64,000 bases of DNA from Candidatus Omnitrophota bacterium. Lineage in GTDB: Bacteria > Omnitrophota > Gorgyraeia > 2-01-FULL-45-10. The stretch spans positions 9,523 through 73,522 of the forward strand of contig JAZDOS010000006.1 of NCBI GenBank assembly GCA_043798375.1, given 5' to 3'. The translations under genes and the position numbers were made by a program. The notes under the pieces were generated by a model. It was not told where the DNA came from and searched no databases. It saw only the letters and a program-made list of their open reading frames with translations. Of this stretch, positions 1-8,184 are shown in pieces (positions within the stretch are counted from its first letter, which is position 1; every line of letters starts with the position of its first letter).

Positions 1-635
1 GGGACAACATCCCTCCTTACAACATTCCTGAAATACTTATCCTCCGTGTTCGTTTTGTCTATCCTGTATAAAATACCGGCATCGTGCAGATAACGCAGGA
101 TTTCGGTTTTTTCCAGCTCCGCGAGCGGCCTTATGATTCTTAAACCCTCCCAATTTCTGGCCGGAGATATACCGACGATCCCTTTAAGGGAGGAGCCTTT
201 TATAAGGCGCATAAGCACGGTCTCAGCCTGGTCGTCAAGGGTATGCCCCGTAGCGACTACGGTTGCGGAGGCTGCGTTGGCGGCTTCTTTGAAAAATTTA
301 TACCTCTCGTCCCGCGCGGCCTCTTCCATTGAAAATTCTTTCGGCTTCGAGCTTTTCAAGTCTATTTTTTTATGAACGAACTTTAATTCGAGCTCTCCGG
401 CGATCCTTTTTACAAACAACGAATCAACTCCCGATTCCTCGTCTCTTATGCCATGGTCCAGATTACAAACGGCAATCTTTTTTATTTTAAGTTTTTTCTT
501 TAACTTATTCAAGGCATGCAACATAAAAACGGAATCCGGCCCGCCCGATACCGCCGCCAGAACCGTCTCCTGCGGCTTAAGCATCTCGTAATTTCTTATT
601 GTTTTGAGGACTCTCTCTATCAGGACTTCGCGCAT
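1..635 (-). CDS. tilS: tRNA(Ile)-lysidine synthetase TilS, N-terminal part; C-terminus lies beyond the window start
   Basis: Reverse translation from ATG at 635 gives MREVLIERVLKTIRNYEMLKPQETVLAAVSGGPDSVFMLHAL with the SGGxDS PP-loop typical of TilS. Not in the ORF table because no stop falls inside the window. Confidence 0.7.
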   Translation of the reverse strand, partial: MREVLIERVLKTIRNYEMLKPQETVLAAVSGGPDSVFMLHALNKLKKKLKIKKIAVCNLDHGIRDEESGVDSLFVKRIAGELELKFVHKKIDLKSSKPKEFSMEEAARDERYKFFKEAANAASATVVATGHTLDDQAETVLMRLIKGSSLKGIVGISPARNWEGLRIIRPLAELEKTEILRYLHDAGILYRIDKTNTEDKYFRNVVRRDVV

Positions 636-639
636 AGCC

Positions 640-2301
640 TTAATCCATCGTCACTTCCAGGGCAACGTCGAAATTGCTTCCGAATGCAGGATCGGCTGTA
701 AGCTCCGGGGCCTTGAACTGGCTGTCGTGGGCGCCCTCGCGGATCTTCTTCGCGCGGTACTTTTCGAAACTGCCTTTATTTAAAATCATCAGGATGGGCG
801 GATTCAGAATTTGCGCCTGCCTCACATAATCGTACTCCCTGTTTTGATTCCGCAGCTCGTTGTCTATCGAAATAAGGAGTTCCTTGCCGGAAACCGGGGG
901 CCTCGCGTCGTCGAATTCGATAAGAAAAACGTATCGCGGCGGCATACTCCACTGTACAGTCGTTGAAAACAGCGCCAGCGACAGGTTATATTTTTCTACG
1001 ACATTGTTGATGGCCGCATTGACCTGGGATTCGTAAAGTTTCTCCCCCGCAAGGCTTGTGGCATTGTGGCCTTTCTGTAAAAATTCTATCACGGGGGTTT
1101 TATTGAAAAATCCGTCGACGGTGATCACGTCGTCTATGTTGTAACGGTACAATCCGCCCGGGGTGGTCACGATCAAAAAATACTCTCTCGCCTTTTCAAG
1201 TTGATCGCATAAAAGAACCCTCTTGTCAGGCTTATCCATATCTTCGCGCGGAATGAATTCGTAAAAGTTCGTCTTTATCGCCAGGACGCCGCCGGCGCCT
1301 TCATCGCCGGTGGGGATAGAACTGCGCGCTTCCGTGGAAAGGCACCCTATATCCCTTATCGGAACATCGCCAAAATATTGAGGCAGTTCTTTAAGGTATA
1401 ATTTTACGGTCCCTCCCTTCCAGCATTCGATAAGCTCCAATTTCGGCCAGAAATGTTTCGGCAGAAGCTCGCCCTTATCTTCCAGTATGCTATTTAATTC
1501 TTTCGCCCTCTTCGGGTTGGGTTTGAACCGGCTTTCGAGAGCTTTTCTTGTCCTGGCGGGAATATTCCATCTTCCGCTGAACGTTCCCCTGTCGATATCT
1601 TCGATGATTTCATTTTGCCAGGCCCTGATCTTCTGGCATAAAATTATGAGCGTGCTCGGATTGAGAGTCGCGACCGTAGTGATATTCCTCTCTTCGAGCC
1701 CGATTCTCAGCATGCAGTAGTATCTGGTTTCGAAATCCTCGATATCGAAAACTTCCTTCGGAAGGGCGTAGATGCGCCTTATCGCGAACGGCAGTTTTTT
1801 ATACGCATGGCCGCTCTCCGCGCCGAGTATGAGGCCCGATTCGGTAACGCCCTCTTTCTCCGGACTTACTATCGCCAGAATCTTGCCGTCCGTTATCCCG
1901 GGATGGTCGCGCGTAATATAGTATGCCCACAACCCCGTCAGCGCGGCTTTCCGCCTTTGGGAAAATTTTGTGACAGGGATCAGCTTGGGTTTGTTAGTCG
2001 TTCCGCTTGTGGCGCCGAAGAATATGGGGCGATCGACGGTAAGAATGTTCGGCTCGCCTCCCGCCATTTTGCTGATGTAAGGGCGCATCGTCTCGCAGTC
2101 GGATAGAGGTACAAGCCTCTGGTAATCGCTTATGGAGCGGACTTTCGAGAAGTTGTAACGCCTGCCGTATTCCGTATCCTTGTTTCGGTATACGTACTCT
2201 AAAAGGACTTTTTCCTGTGATTTAAGCGGATCTCTCGTGGCTCTTTCGAATGCCTTTGCCCTGAAGGCCAGGCCCTTAAGGACAAGACGCGCGATATTCA
2301 T
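640..2301 (-). CDS. GH3 family protein (acyl-acid amido synthetase-like adenylate-forming enzyme)
   Basis: 553 aa with FGATSGTT...KPK adenylation motif and overall GH3 (auxin-responsive promoter family) architecture. Confidence 0.6.
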   Translation of the reverse strand: MNIARLVLKGLAFRAKAFERATRDPLKSQEKVLLEYVYRNKDTEYGRRYNFSKVRSISDYQRLVPLSDCETMRPYISKMAGGEPNILTVDRPIFFGATSGTTNKPKLIPVTKFSQRRKAALTGLWAYYITRDHPGITDGKILAIVSPEKEGVTESGLILGAESGHAYKKLPFAIRRIYALPKEVFDIEDFETRYYCMLRIGLEERNITTVATLNPSTLIILCQKIRAWQNEIIEDIDRGTFSGRWNIPARTRKALESRFKPNPKRAKELNSILEDKGELLPKHFWPKLELIECWKGGTVKLYLKELPQYFGDVPIRDIGCLSTEARSSIPTGDEGAGGVLAIKTNFYEFIPREDMDKPDKRVLLCDQLEKAREYFLIVTTPGGLYRYNIDDVITVDGFFNKTPVIEFLQKGHNATSLAGEKLYESQVNAAINNVVEKYNLSLALFSTTVQWSMPPRYVFLIEFDDARPPVSGKELLISIDNELRNQNREYDYVRQAQILNPPILMILNKGSFEKYRAKKIREGAHDSQFKAPELTADPAFGSNFDVALEVTMD

Positions 2302-2322
2302 TTATGCGAACCGATCTTTTCA

Positions 2323-2712
2323 CTATTTCAGGAGCCCTTCTATATCCTTCGGCAGTTTATCCGTTTTTTTGACGAACGCAACACCGACATCGTAAAGCCC
2401 TTTATCGGACTCCTCTATGCGCACCACCTTGCCGAGCATCCTGTTCCCGACCATCAGGGCGCGTCTTTCTATCTCCTGGCAGATACGGCTCGTCCTGTGA
2501 TCAAGATCAAGCACGAGTATGCTCGATATTTCCGGCAGGAAGCTCGATGTGAATAGAACGCCCGAAACGCTCAGGTTTTTCGATACGGCGTCGATAAACT
2601 CCGACGATATACTCTTACCTCCGGCAGGGTTCAGCACCTTATACTGGACCGGCTTTTCATGCTTATACCTGAAAAACTCCCTTTTCTCTTTACCCGCATA
2701 ATTCTCCGACAT
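2323..2712 (-). CDS. PilZ domain protein (c-di-GMP binding); start at internal ATG with GGGGGG RBS
   Basis: MSENYAGKEKREFFRY...LSVSGVLF fits the PilZ RxxxR and DxSxGG motifs. The ORF-table N-terminal extension lacks an RBS. Confidence 0.6.
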   Translation of the reverse strand: MSENYAGKEKREFFRYKHEKPVQYKVLNPAGGKSISSEFIDAVSKNLSVSGVLFTSSFLPEISSILVLDLDHRTSRICQEIERRALMVGNRMLGKVVRIEESDKGLYDVGVAFVKKTDKLPKDIEGLLK

Positions 2713-2847
2713 ACTACCCCCCTTGTGGTTTTGCCAAGCTATAGGTTTACTTGAGATAATTATAAATGTATTAATAAAAAATAGCAATCAGATTTTTCGC
2801 TGTAACCTATTTGAGACATATGTTATAATACGGCTTCAACGCAAAGC

Positions 2848-2888
2848 TGGCGGGGTAGCTCAGTCTGGCAGAGCAGTCGGCTCATACC
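2848..2888 (+). repeat. 41-nt 5' fragment of the tRNA(CAU) gene, a direct repeat of 10209..10249 (att-type island boundary); a TATAAT box lies about 17 nt upstream
   Basis: Exact identity tggcggggtagctcagtctggcagagcagtcggctcatacc at both sites. Identity ends inside the anticodon loop. Confidence 0.85.
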
Positions 2889-3072
2889 AAACCTTCGGGT
2901 TTCCGACGAGGTAATTTCAAAATTTTGCCAAATTTCACAATTCCTCATAATAGTTCTGTAATGCCATTCTCCTTTCGTTGTCTATAATTTTACCATATAT
3001 TGCCGTCGGAAGCCAGTCAAATGTGGAAATTAAAAAAACAAAAAATATTGGTTTTCCGACGGAAAAGGGCTT

Positions 3073-3101
3073 GACTTCTTGCCGTAGATATGATATACTT
3101 G
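3073..3101 (+). promoter_or_regulatory. Sigma-70-like promoter TTGACT-N17-TATACT for the island XRE operon
   Basis: gggcTTGACTtcttgccgtagatatgaTATACTtg read directly from the sequence. Confidence 0.5.
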
Positions 3102-3185
3102 TTTTTGTAAGATAAAAACGCCGCAAAAATTTCGGGTGAAACAAACCAACGCCGTCGGCGGGCGAAAAATATAAACCCCGATATA

Positions 3186-3199
3186 GAACGTAAGTTCTG
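3186..3199 (+). promoter_or_regulatory. Perfect palindrome AGAACGTAAGTTCT between the promoter and the XRE start; candidate operator
   Basis: 5-bp arms with a 4-nt spacer, located in the 5' UTR of the XRE gene. Confidence 0.35.
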
Positions 3200-3242
3200 T
3201 GTCGGGGTCGTTTTATTTTATACCAGAAAAGGAGGCTTGAAA

Positions 3243-3434
3243 ATGAACCGATTAAGAGAAGTAAGAAAGACAAGGGGATTAACGCAGTATAATTTGGCGA
3301 AATTGGCAGGCACTTATCAAACAAGGGTATGGCAGTGGGAACACAGCCATTATATACCACGCAAATCACAGAAAGAAGCTTTAGCAATAGCCTTAAAAAC
3401 TACCCTAACGGATATATTTCCCGATGAGCAGTAA
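3243..3434 (+). CDS. XRE-family (Cro/CI-type) HTH transcriptional regulator
   Basis: MNRLREVRKTRGLTQYNLAKLAGTYQTRVWQWE is a classic HTH_3 pattern. GGAGG lies 7 nt upstream of the ATG at 3243; the ORF-table start at 3237 is a TTG. Confidence 0.75.
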   Translation: MNRLREVRKTRGLTQYNLAKLAGTYQTRVWQWEHSHYIPRKSQKEALAIALKTTLTDIFPDEQ

Positions 3435-3654
3435 GACCTACGCTATAAGCGATTTTTACCTCTCTGCGTATCTTAAGGCAAAGGGGCTAAAACTACTTAG
3501 CACGGAAAAAGAAGGACGGCGAACCACATTCGTTTTTGAGGACACGGAAGAACGGCGAGCATTAGTATTGGCATTTTATAACAACGGCGAGGTTTCGGTA
3601 AATGCTTTTAAAAACGCAATTCAAGACCTGAAGGCGATAATCTATAACCTGTAA
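3424..3654 (+). CDS. DUF5659-like small protein of mobile elements
   Basis: 76 aa, SDFYLSAYLKAKGLKLL...RRTTFVFEDTEERRALVLAFYNNGEVSVNAFKNAIQDLKAIIYN matches the DUF5659 pattern. Confidence 0.5.
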   Translation: MSSKTYAISDFYLSAYLKAKGLKLLSTEKEGRRTTFVFEDTEERRALVLAFYNNGEVSVNAFKNAIQDLKAIIYNL

Positions 3655-3675
3655 AATTAGGAGACAAATGCAAAG

Positions 3676-4836
3676 ATGAATAGTCAAATATTGAATAGAG
3701 ATATTAGCCATGTAGAGGAAAGTTTTAAAAAATATCTGCTTTTAAAAGATACTATTGTCATTAGAGTTGTTCTGGCTACCATATTCGCAAATAGGCTTGA
3801 AGGCGACCCACTATGGCTGTTAATAGTCGCACCGCCCTCCTCGGCAAAAACGGAGATTATTAACTCGTTGAATGGACTACCAGAAATATTTCCGCTATCA
3901 AGCCTAACCGCTCATACATTAGTAAGCGGCATGATTACTAACGAGGATGGCAAAAAAGATGACAAGGATAAAAGCCTTATACTTCAACTTGATGGGAAAA
4001 TTCTGGCATTGAAGGATTTTACCTCGGTATTATCAATGCACAGAGAGCAGAGGGCCGAAATTCTATCCCAATTAAGAGAAATATATGACGGAGCATATAT
4101 AAAACGTTTTGGCACAGGTCAGGTAACGGACTGGAAAGGCAAGATAGGTATTATCGCTGGGGTTACGCCTATAATAGATAATCACAATAGCGTTTCCCAG
4201 ATGTTAGGGGAAAGATTTATTCAATTTCGGATGGAATCACCAGACCTTGTAGAAATGGCTCTTAGGGGCATAGACAACACTGGTAGGGAATGTGGGACAA
4301 GGCAACAGCTAATAGAGATGGTTAGAGATTTTGCAATAAATATACCTATGCCAACAAATGAAATCACCATACCCTCTGCAATTAGAAATAAAATAGCACA
4401 CTTAGCGGCTTTTTGCGTTGTTGCAAGAAGTGGGGTTTTACGGGACGGGCGTAGCCGTGAAATCATATATACTCCTGCACCCGAAGCCCCGCCAAGGTTA
4501 GCGAAACAATTTGTCAAGTTAGGTCAAGGATTGGCAGTTATTAGTAAACGAAGCAGTATATCTACGGAAGACTATGCAGTTATTTATAGAATTGGATTAG
4601 ACATAATTCTTAAACAACGTAGAGATATAATATTTCTGCTTGAGGCGTGCCCTAAATCCGTAAAGGACATAGCAAGAATAACGAGGTATCCTAATCCTAC
4701 TGTCTATAAAATTCTTGAGGACTTACGAAGCCTATCATTGATAGACTCAAGCGACGAACAGGCGTGGTCGCTAACGGATTCGGCAACGATGTCGTTGGGT
4801 GAAATTAAACCGTTTTCCGAAACGTCGGGGGTATAA
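3676..4836 (+). CDS. P-loop NTPase-like protein with C-terminal winged helix; putative island replication/initiator-type protein
   Basis: Degenerate Walker A LLIVAPPSSAKTE, Walker B-like KILALKDF, and C-terminal wHTH KSVKDIARITRYPNPTVYKILEDL. Sits in the rep position of an integrative element. Confidence 0.4.
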   Translation: MNSQILNRDISHVEESFKKYLLLKDTIVIRVVLATIFANRLEGDPLWLLIVAPPSSAKTEIINSLNGLPEIFPLSSLTAHTLVSGMITNEDGKKDDKDKSLILQLDGKILALKDFTSVLSMHREQRAEILSQLREIYDGAYIKRFGTGQVTDWKGKIGIIAGVTPIIDNHNSVSQMLGERFIQFRMESPDLVEMALRGIDNTGRECGTRQQLIEMVRDFAINIPMPTNEITIPSAIRNKIAHLAAFCVVARSGVLRDGRSREIIYTPAPEAPPRLAKQFVKLGQGLAVISKRSSISTEDYAVIYRIGLDIILKQRRDIIFLLEACPKSVKDIARITRYPNPTVYKILEDLRSLSLIDSSDEQAWSLTDSATMSLGEIKPFSETSGV

Positions 4837-4924
4837 GTGGTAACTTAAAATTTCAATTATTTAATTATAATATTTTAATTTTATAGATATATCCGACTTT
4901 TCGGAAAAATAGAAAGGTGGGCGT

Positions 4925-5542
4925 GTGAATACGGAAAGTAACGAAAACATACGAAATACGGAAATTTTGTCAGTGAACCAAAAGACGGCCATAACTTTAC
5001 TTTGCAACGGCCTAAGCAAGGCTGAAGTTGCGAGAAGGTTAGGCATAGAACGTGAAACAGTTTCCAAGTGGTGCAATCACGATCCCGATTTTCAACAGGC
5101 GTTAGAAAATAGGCGTAAAGAAATATGGGGCGAGAACTCATTAAGCAAGGAAGCGGAGTTAATAAGACAAGTTAAAGATACAGACTTGTTGACCCTTGAG
5201 GGCATAGAGGCCAGACTCAGGCTTGTTGACGCCCTTCTCCTAACGGATGTTATTGAACGTGATGATGGCAGAACCAAAACCATACAACGCCTTCAGATGA
5301 ATGTTGAAGCAGTGCGAAGCTATGTGGAGACTGTTCTTGCGGGAAAATCTGTGAATGATAGCGTTAACATTATTGTTAACAGGTATAAATTTTTGCTTCT
5401 CTCCTCATTGCAGAACATTCTAAAAGATGTCGCAGGAGAAGATAAGGCAACGCAAATACTGGTGTTCTTAGCACAAAAAATGGAACGCATAGAAAACGTG
5501 GAGAATTCGGCGAATGGACAGGACGAAAAACCTGAAAACTAA
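4925..5542 (+). CDS. HTH-domain protein, terminase-small-subunit-like or regulatory
   Basis: N-terminal LSVNQKTAITLLCNGLSKAEVARRLGIERETVSKW helix-turn-helix, followed by a coiled-coil-like remainder. Confidence 0.35.
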   Translation: MNTESNENIRNTEILSVNQKTAITLLCNGLSKAEVARRLGIERETVSKWCNHDPDFQQALENRRKEIWGENSLSKEAELIRQVKDTDLLTLEGIEARLRLVDALLLTDVIERDDGRTKTIQRLQMNVEAVRSYVETVLAGKSVNDSVNIIVNRYKFLLLSSLQNILKDVAGEDKATQILVFLAQKMERIENVENSANGQDEKPEN

Positions 5543-5900
5543 AACTATTATTGAATGTTTGCTCAGGTTAGAGGAGCTTACAAAACTATCTGTGGCAATT
5601 CATATAGCCTTTAAAAAATTTATTATATGGGAGGCTCAAAAGCGCATGGGCAATATAAAAGCCGAGCTTTTAACCGCCGAAGAACGGCGTTTTATAGGGG
5701 AATACTCCGCAAAATATATGCCTGCCATACGACTAAATCTTGAGCAGAATATAAGCGACTGGATAATCTGCCACGAGCAAAAACGGCAAACACTGAAAAC
5801 GCTAAGAGAAATATTTCCCGATGATATTCTATTGTTGTATATACGAGCCTCCCACATAAATGACCTAAAATCTATCCTACCTATACCGCTAAACGCCTAA
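5514..5900 (+). CDS. hypothetical protein (island)
   Basis: 128-aa ORF in an operon with its neighbours; no recognisable motif. Confidence 0.4.
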   Translation: MDRTKNLKTKTIIECLLRLEELTKLSVAIHIAFKKFIIWEAQKRMGNIKAELLTAEERRFIGEYSAKYMPAIRLNLEQNISDWIICHEQKRQTLKTLREIFPDDILLLYIRASHINDLKSILPIPLNA

Positions 5901-6127
5901 TCGTTCTCTCCCTTGTCTTCTCGGTTATAATGTGATAGTCTATACAGCAAGAAGTAGTAGTTAGCTCTTTAAAAGGAAGTGTTTTTAACGAGGACTTTCC
6001 TCAGTTTTATCAATCAACGTCTAAGGAGGGAGGCCCTTGCCTTATGGGCAAGCGGTCTTTCGCTTTAACTTAGACGTTGGGCGGAGGAATTAAAAATGCT
6101 TGCCCACTTTATTTTATAAGCACATAG

Positions 6128-6580
6128 GTGATAATTATGTTTTTCAAGCCAAAATGGTATAAAAAATTACCATTACATCTCAGGCCCGATAACAATAAAG
6201 TCGAAAACCTTGAGTCATTACGAAGAAAATTGGGTTTTCCCGATGAAATTTTTTTTATGGGCATAGTAAATTCCCGATGGACTGTAATACAGGCGCAAAA
6301 AGCAACTCTTGAAACGTTAAAAATAGATAAACCTGAAGCTACTGAAGCAGAATTGTGGGAAGGCGTTCTTTTTACAAGGTTAAAAATGAAGCTTATGATG
6401 CCAACGCCAGACGATCTACCAAGAGATGAAATTTTACATAGAATGGAAAATGTCAGTAATATAGTTGCCAATATCCATAGTTTTGATGAGCTGTTAAATT
6501 ATATCATTTCTATGGACGAAAAAAATCTTATGGATGATGACCCAACACAAAGACAAATTGACGAAGCGTTATTCGGATAG
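6128..6580 (+). CDS. hypothetical protein (island)
   Basis: 150-aa ORF ending 10 nt upstream of the Mrr_N-like gene. Confidence 0.4.
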   Translation: MIIMFFKPKWYKKLPLHLRPDNNKVENLESLRRKLGFPDEIFFMGIVNSRWTVIQAQKATLETLKIDKPEATEAELWEGVLFTRLKMKLMMPTPDDLPRDEILHRMENVSNIVANIHSFDELLNYIISMDEKNLMDDDPTQRQIDEALFG

Positions 6581-6589
6581 CATTTATCT

Positions 6590-6928
6590 ATGAATAGTGA
6601 TGGTATATCTTCTGAAATATTGTATCAGTTTTTAATACTTAAAACCCTCGTTGATATTGGTGGCTCAGCAAGGAGAGATAGAGTTTTAAATCATATAAAA
6701 CTACATTATAATAATTTCTTATCAAAAAAAGACTTAGAAGATTACGAAAGCGATAATGGAGAGCGTTGGAAAAATCACGCAAGTTTTGCTCGACAACATT
6801 TAATCTATGTTGGGTATTTAGCCAGAAACTCGCCTTATGGTATCTGGGAAATTACAGATGTTGGCAGGAGCAAGTGTGCGGAGTGGATTAAGCTTTTAAA
6901 ACAAGATTTAACACATTCTGGACTCTAA
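6590..6928 (+). CDS. standalone Mrr_N-like winged-helix protein (N-terminal DNA-binding domain of Mrr-type restriction enzymes, with no nuclease domain)
   Basis: ILYQFLILKTLVDIGGSARRDRVLNHI ... GERWKNHASFARQHLIYVGYLARNSPYGIWEITDVGRS parallels the E. coli Mrr N-terminus (YKNRAGWAHDRLKRAGL...GKWCLTPAG). Confidence 0.5.
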   Translation: MNSDGISSEILYQFLILKTLVDIGGSARRDRVLNHIKLHYNNFLSKKDLEDYESDNGERWKNHASFARQHLIYVGYLARNSPYGIWEITDVGRSKCAEWIKLLKQDLTHSGL

Positions 6929-7075
6929 TACAGGACGGGCGTGGTTAAGCTAAAATCTATCACCATAATGCTCCGCCTATTGATGTATGGGTCTTGACGT
7001 TTGTTCAAAGTTTGAAGATAGTTTACAGGGCTTATACCGAAAGAAAATTAATGGAGGCGCTATGCGAGAAATGAT

Positions 7076-7528
7076 ATGAACAGGCTTTTTATCACAATAT
7101 TATGCTTCATTTTCTTAGCGGGCTGTGCCACATCTTCAGGATATTATACAGACCCTAATAGCAAGGGTTATAAAGAGCCTCATTATGAAGGCTCCTGTTT
7201 AAAATGTAATAGGGTTTTTAGGTTTAGCAGGGCTGTATATGATGCAAGCTCAACACGCTTTGGGGCGTGCCCATTTTGCGGAATGGAGCAAAATTTAGAA
7301 ATGGCAAATCAGCGTTATTTGTATGACCAGCAAAATCAGAGTGGTTCATCAGATAATATATTAGATATGGTAAATGCTTTCAAGGGAACATCAATGCTTC
7401 CTTACCAAGTCAATTCAAACATCGAAAGCAACGTTACTAAATCTCGACAGGTTACAGTGTTTGGGCCGAGCAGAAAAAATATTTACAATAGAAATGGTCA
7501 ACAGGTCGGATACATTGATGGTCAATAA
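7076..7528 (+). CDS. lipoprotein with CxxC...CxxC zinc-ribbon
   Basis: Signal peptide with lipobox FLAGC; CLKCN and CPFCG motifs. Confidence 0.55.
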   Translation: MNRLFITILCFIFLAGCATSSGYYTDPNSKGYKEPHYEGSCLKCNRVFRFSRAVYDASSTRFGACPFCGMEQNLEMANQRYLYDQQNQSGSSDNILDMVNAFKGTSMLPYQVNSNIESNVTKSRQVTVFGPSRKNIYNRNGQQVGYIDGQ

Positions 7529-7547
7529 AATTTTTTGAGGTAAAAAT

Positions 7548-7991
7548 ATGAAATTCATACTGATTGGCTTAACGGCAATATTGTGCTTTCACAGTCCAGC
7601 ATATGCGTGGACGGAGTATAAAAATATCCGTTATGTCGACTTAGACGGCGATTCGGCTGATGAGATTGTCATTGAATCAAAACACGGGGCAGGCTATGGG
7701 CATTATATCGAGGACGTGCGAATATTCAAGGATGCGTATCCTGCGTTAGAGTTGATGTTCACGCAAAGGACGCTCGATAGCTACTCCGTTGATGAGTATA
7801 ATTACGATGTCGTATCTATTGTTGAATTTTCTGAACCAAACCAGAAAAGTGGTATACGGGATATAATGACTAAAACAGAGAAAAAGTATTATAAGGATAA
7901 CGAGCATAAGGTCTTTGACAGAACCGAAGATTTAGGCACTAAGATATTCAAGTGGGACGGAGTGAAATTTGGTGAGGCTAATGTTCAGTGA
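7548..7991 (+). CDS. secreted hypothetical protein
   Basis: N-terminal signal peptide MKFILIGLTAILCFHSPAYA. Confidence 0.5.
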   Translation: MKFILIGLTAILCFHSPAYAWTEYKNIRYVDLDGDSADEIVIESKHGAGYGHYIEDVRIFKDAYPALELMFTQRTLDSYSVDEYNYDVVSIVEFSEPNQKSGIRDIMTKTEKKYYKDNEHKVFDRTEDLGTKIFKWDGVKFGEANVQ

Positions 7992-8125
7992 TAAAATAAA
8001 CGGCGTTGCCGAAAAAATAAACACCCCTGTCTAAAATACTCCCCATTATACCTTGTCATGGTTTGTCATACCTTGCTTATCTCACCTGTTCTCAATAGGT
8101 TATAACTGTTAAATATAGGCATAGA

Positions 8126-8141
8126 TGGCACAGTTATTGCT
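8126..8141 (+). promoter_or_regulatory. Sigma-54 (RpoN) -24/-12 promoter TGGCACagttaTTGCT about 45 nt upstream of the LamG/PEP-CTERM gene
   Basis: Matches TGGCACG-N4-TTGCW with GG/GC spacing conserved. Confidence 0.55.
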
Positions 8142-8184
8142 TATATCTATTATGAGAAGTTATATCAAATAAGGGAGGTATGGC

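Noticed and set aside
133-2106. Plus-strand ORFs (133..375, 516..701, 1487..1720, 1807..2106) overlapping the tilS and GH3 genes
   Set aside because: They lie entirely antisense to well-supported minus-strand genes with recognisable protein families, have no RBS, and their products are low-complexity. The many similar antisense or overlapping ORFs throughout the table (for example 15392..16015, 19132..19677, 21077..21808, 29627..29971) were rejected for the same reason.
2713-2787. N-terminal extension MLFFINTFIIISSKPIAWQNHKGGS of the PilZ ORF
   Set aside because: The internal ATG at 2710..2712 has a strong GGGGGG RBS. The extension is hydrophobic, not a recognisable signal peptide, and is unsupported by the PilZ domain boundaries.
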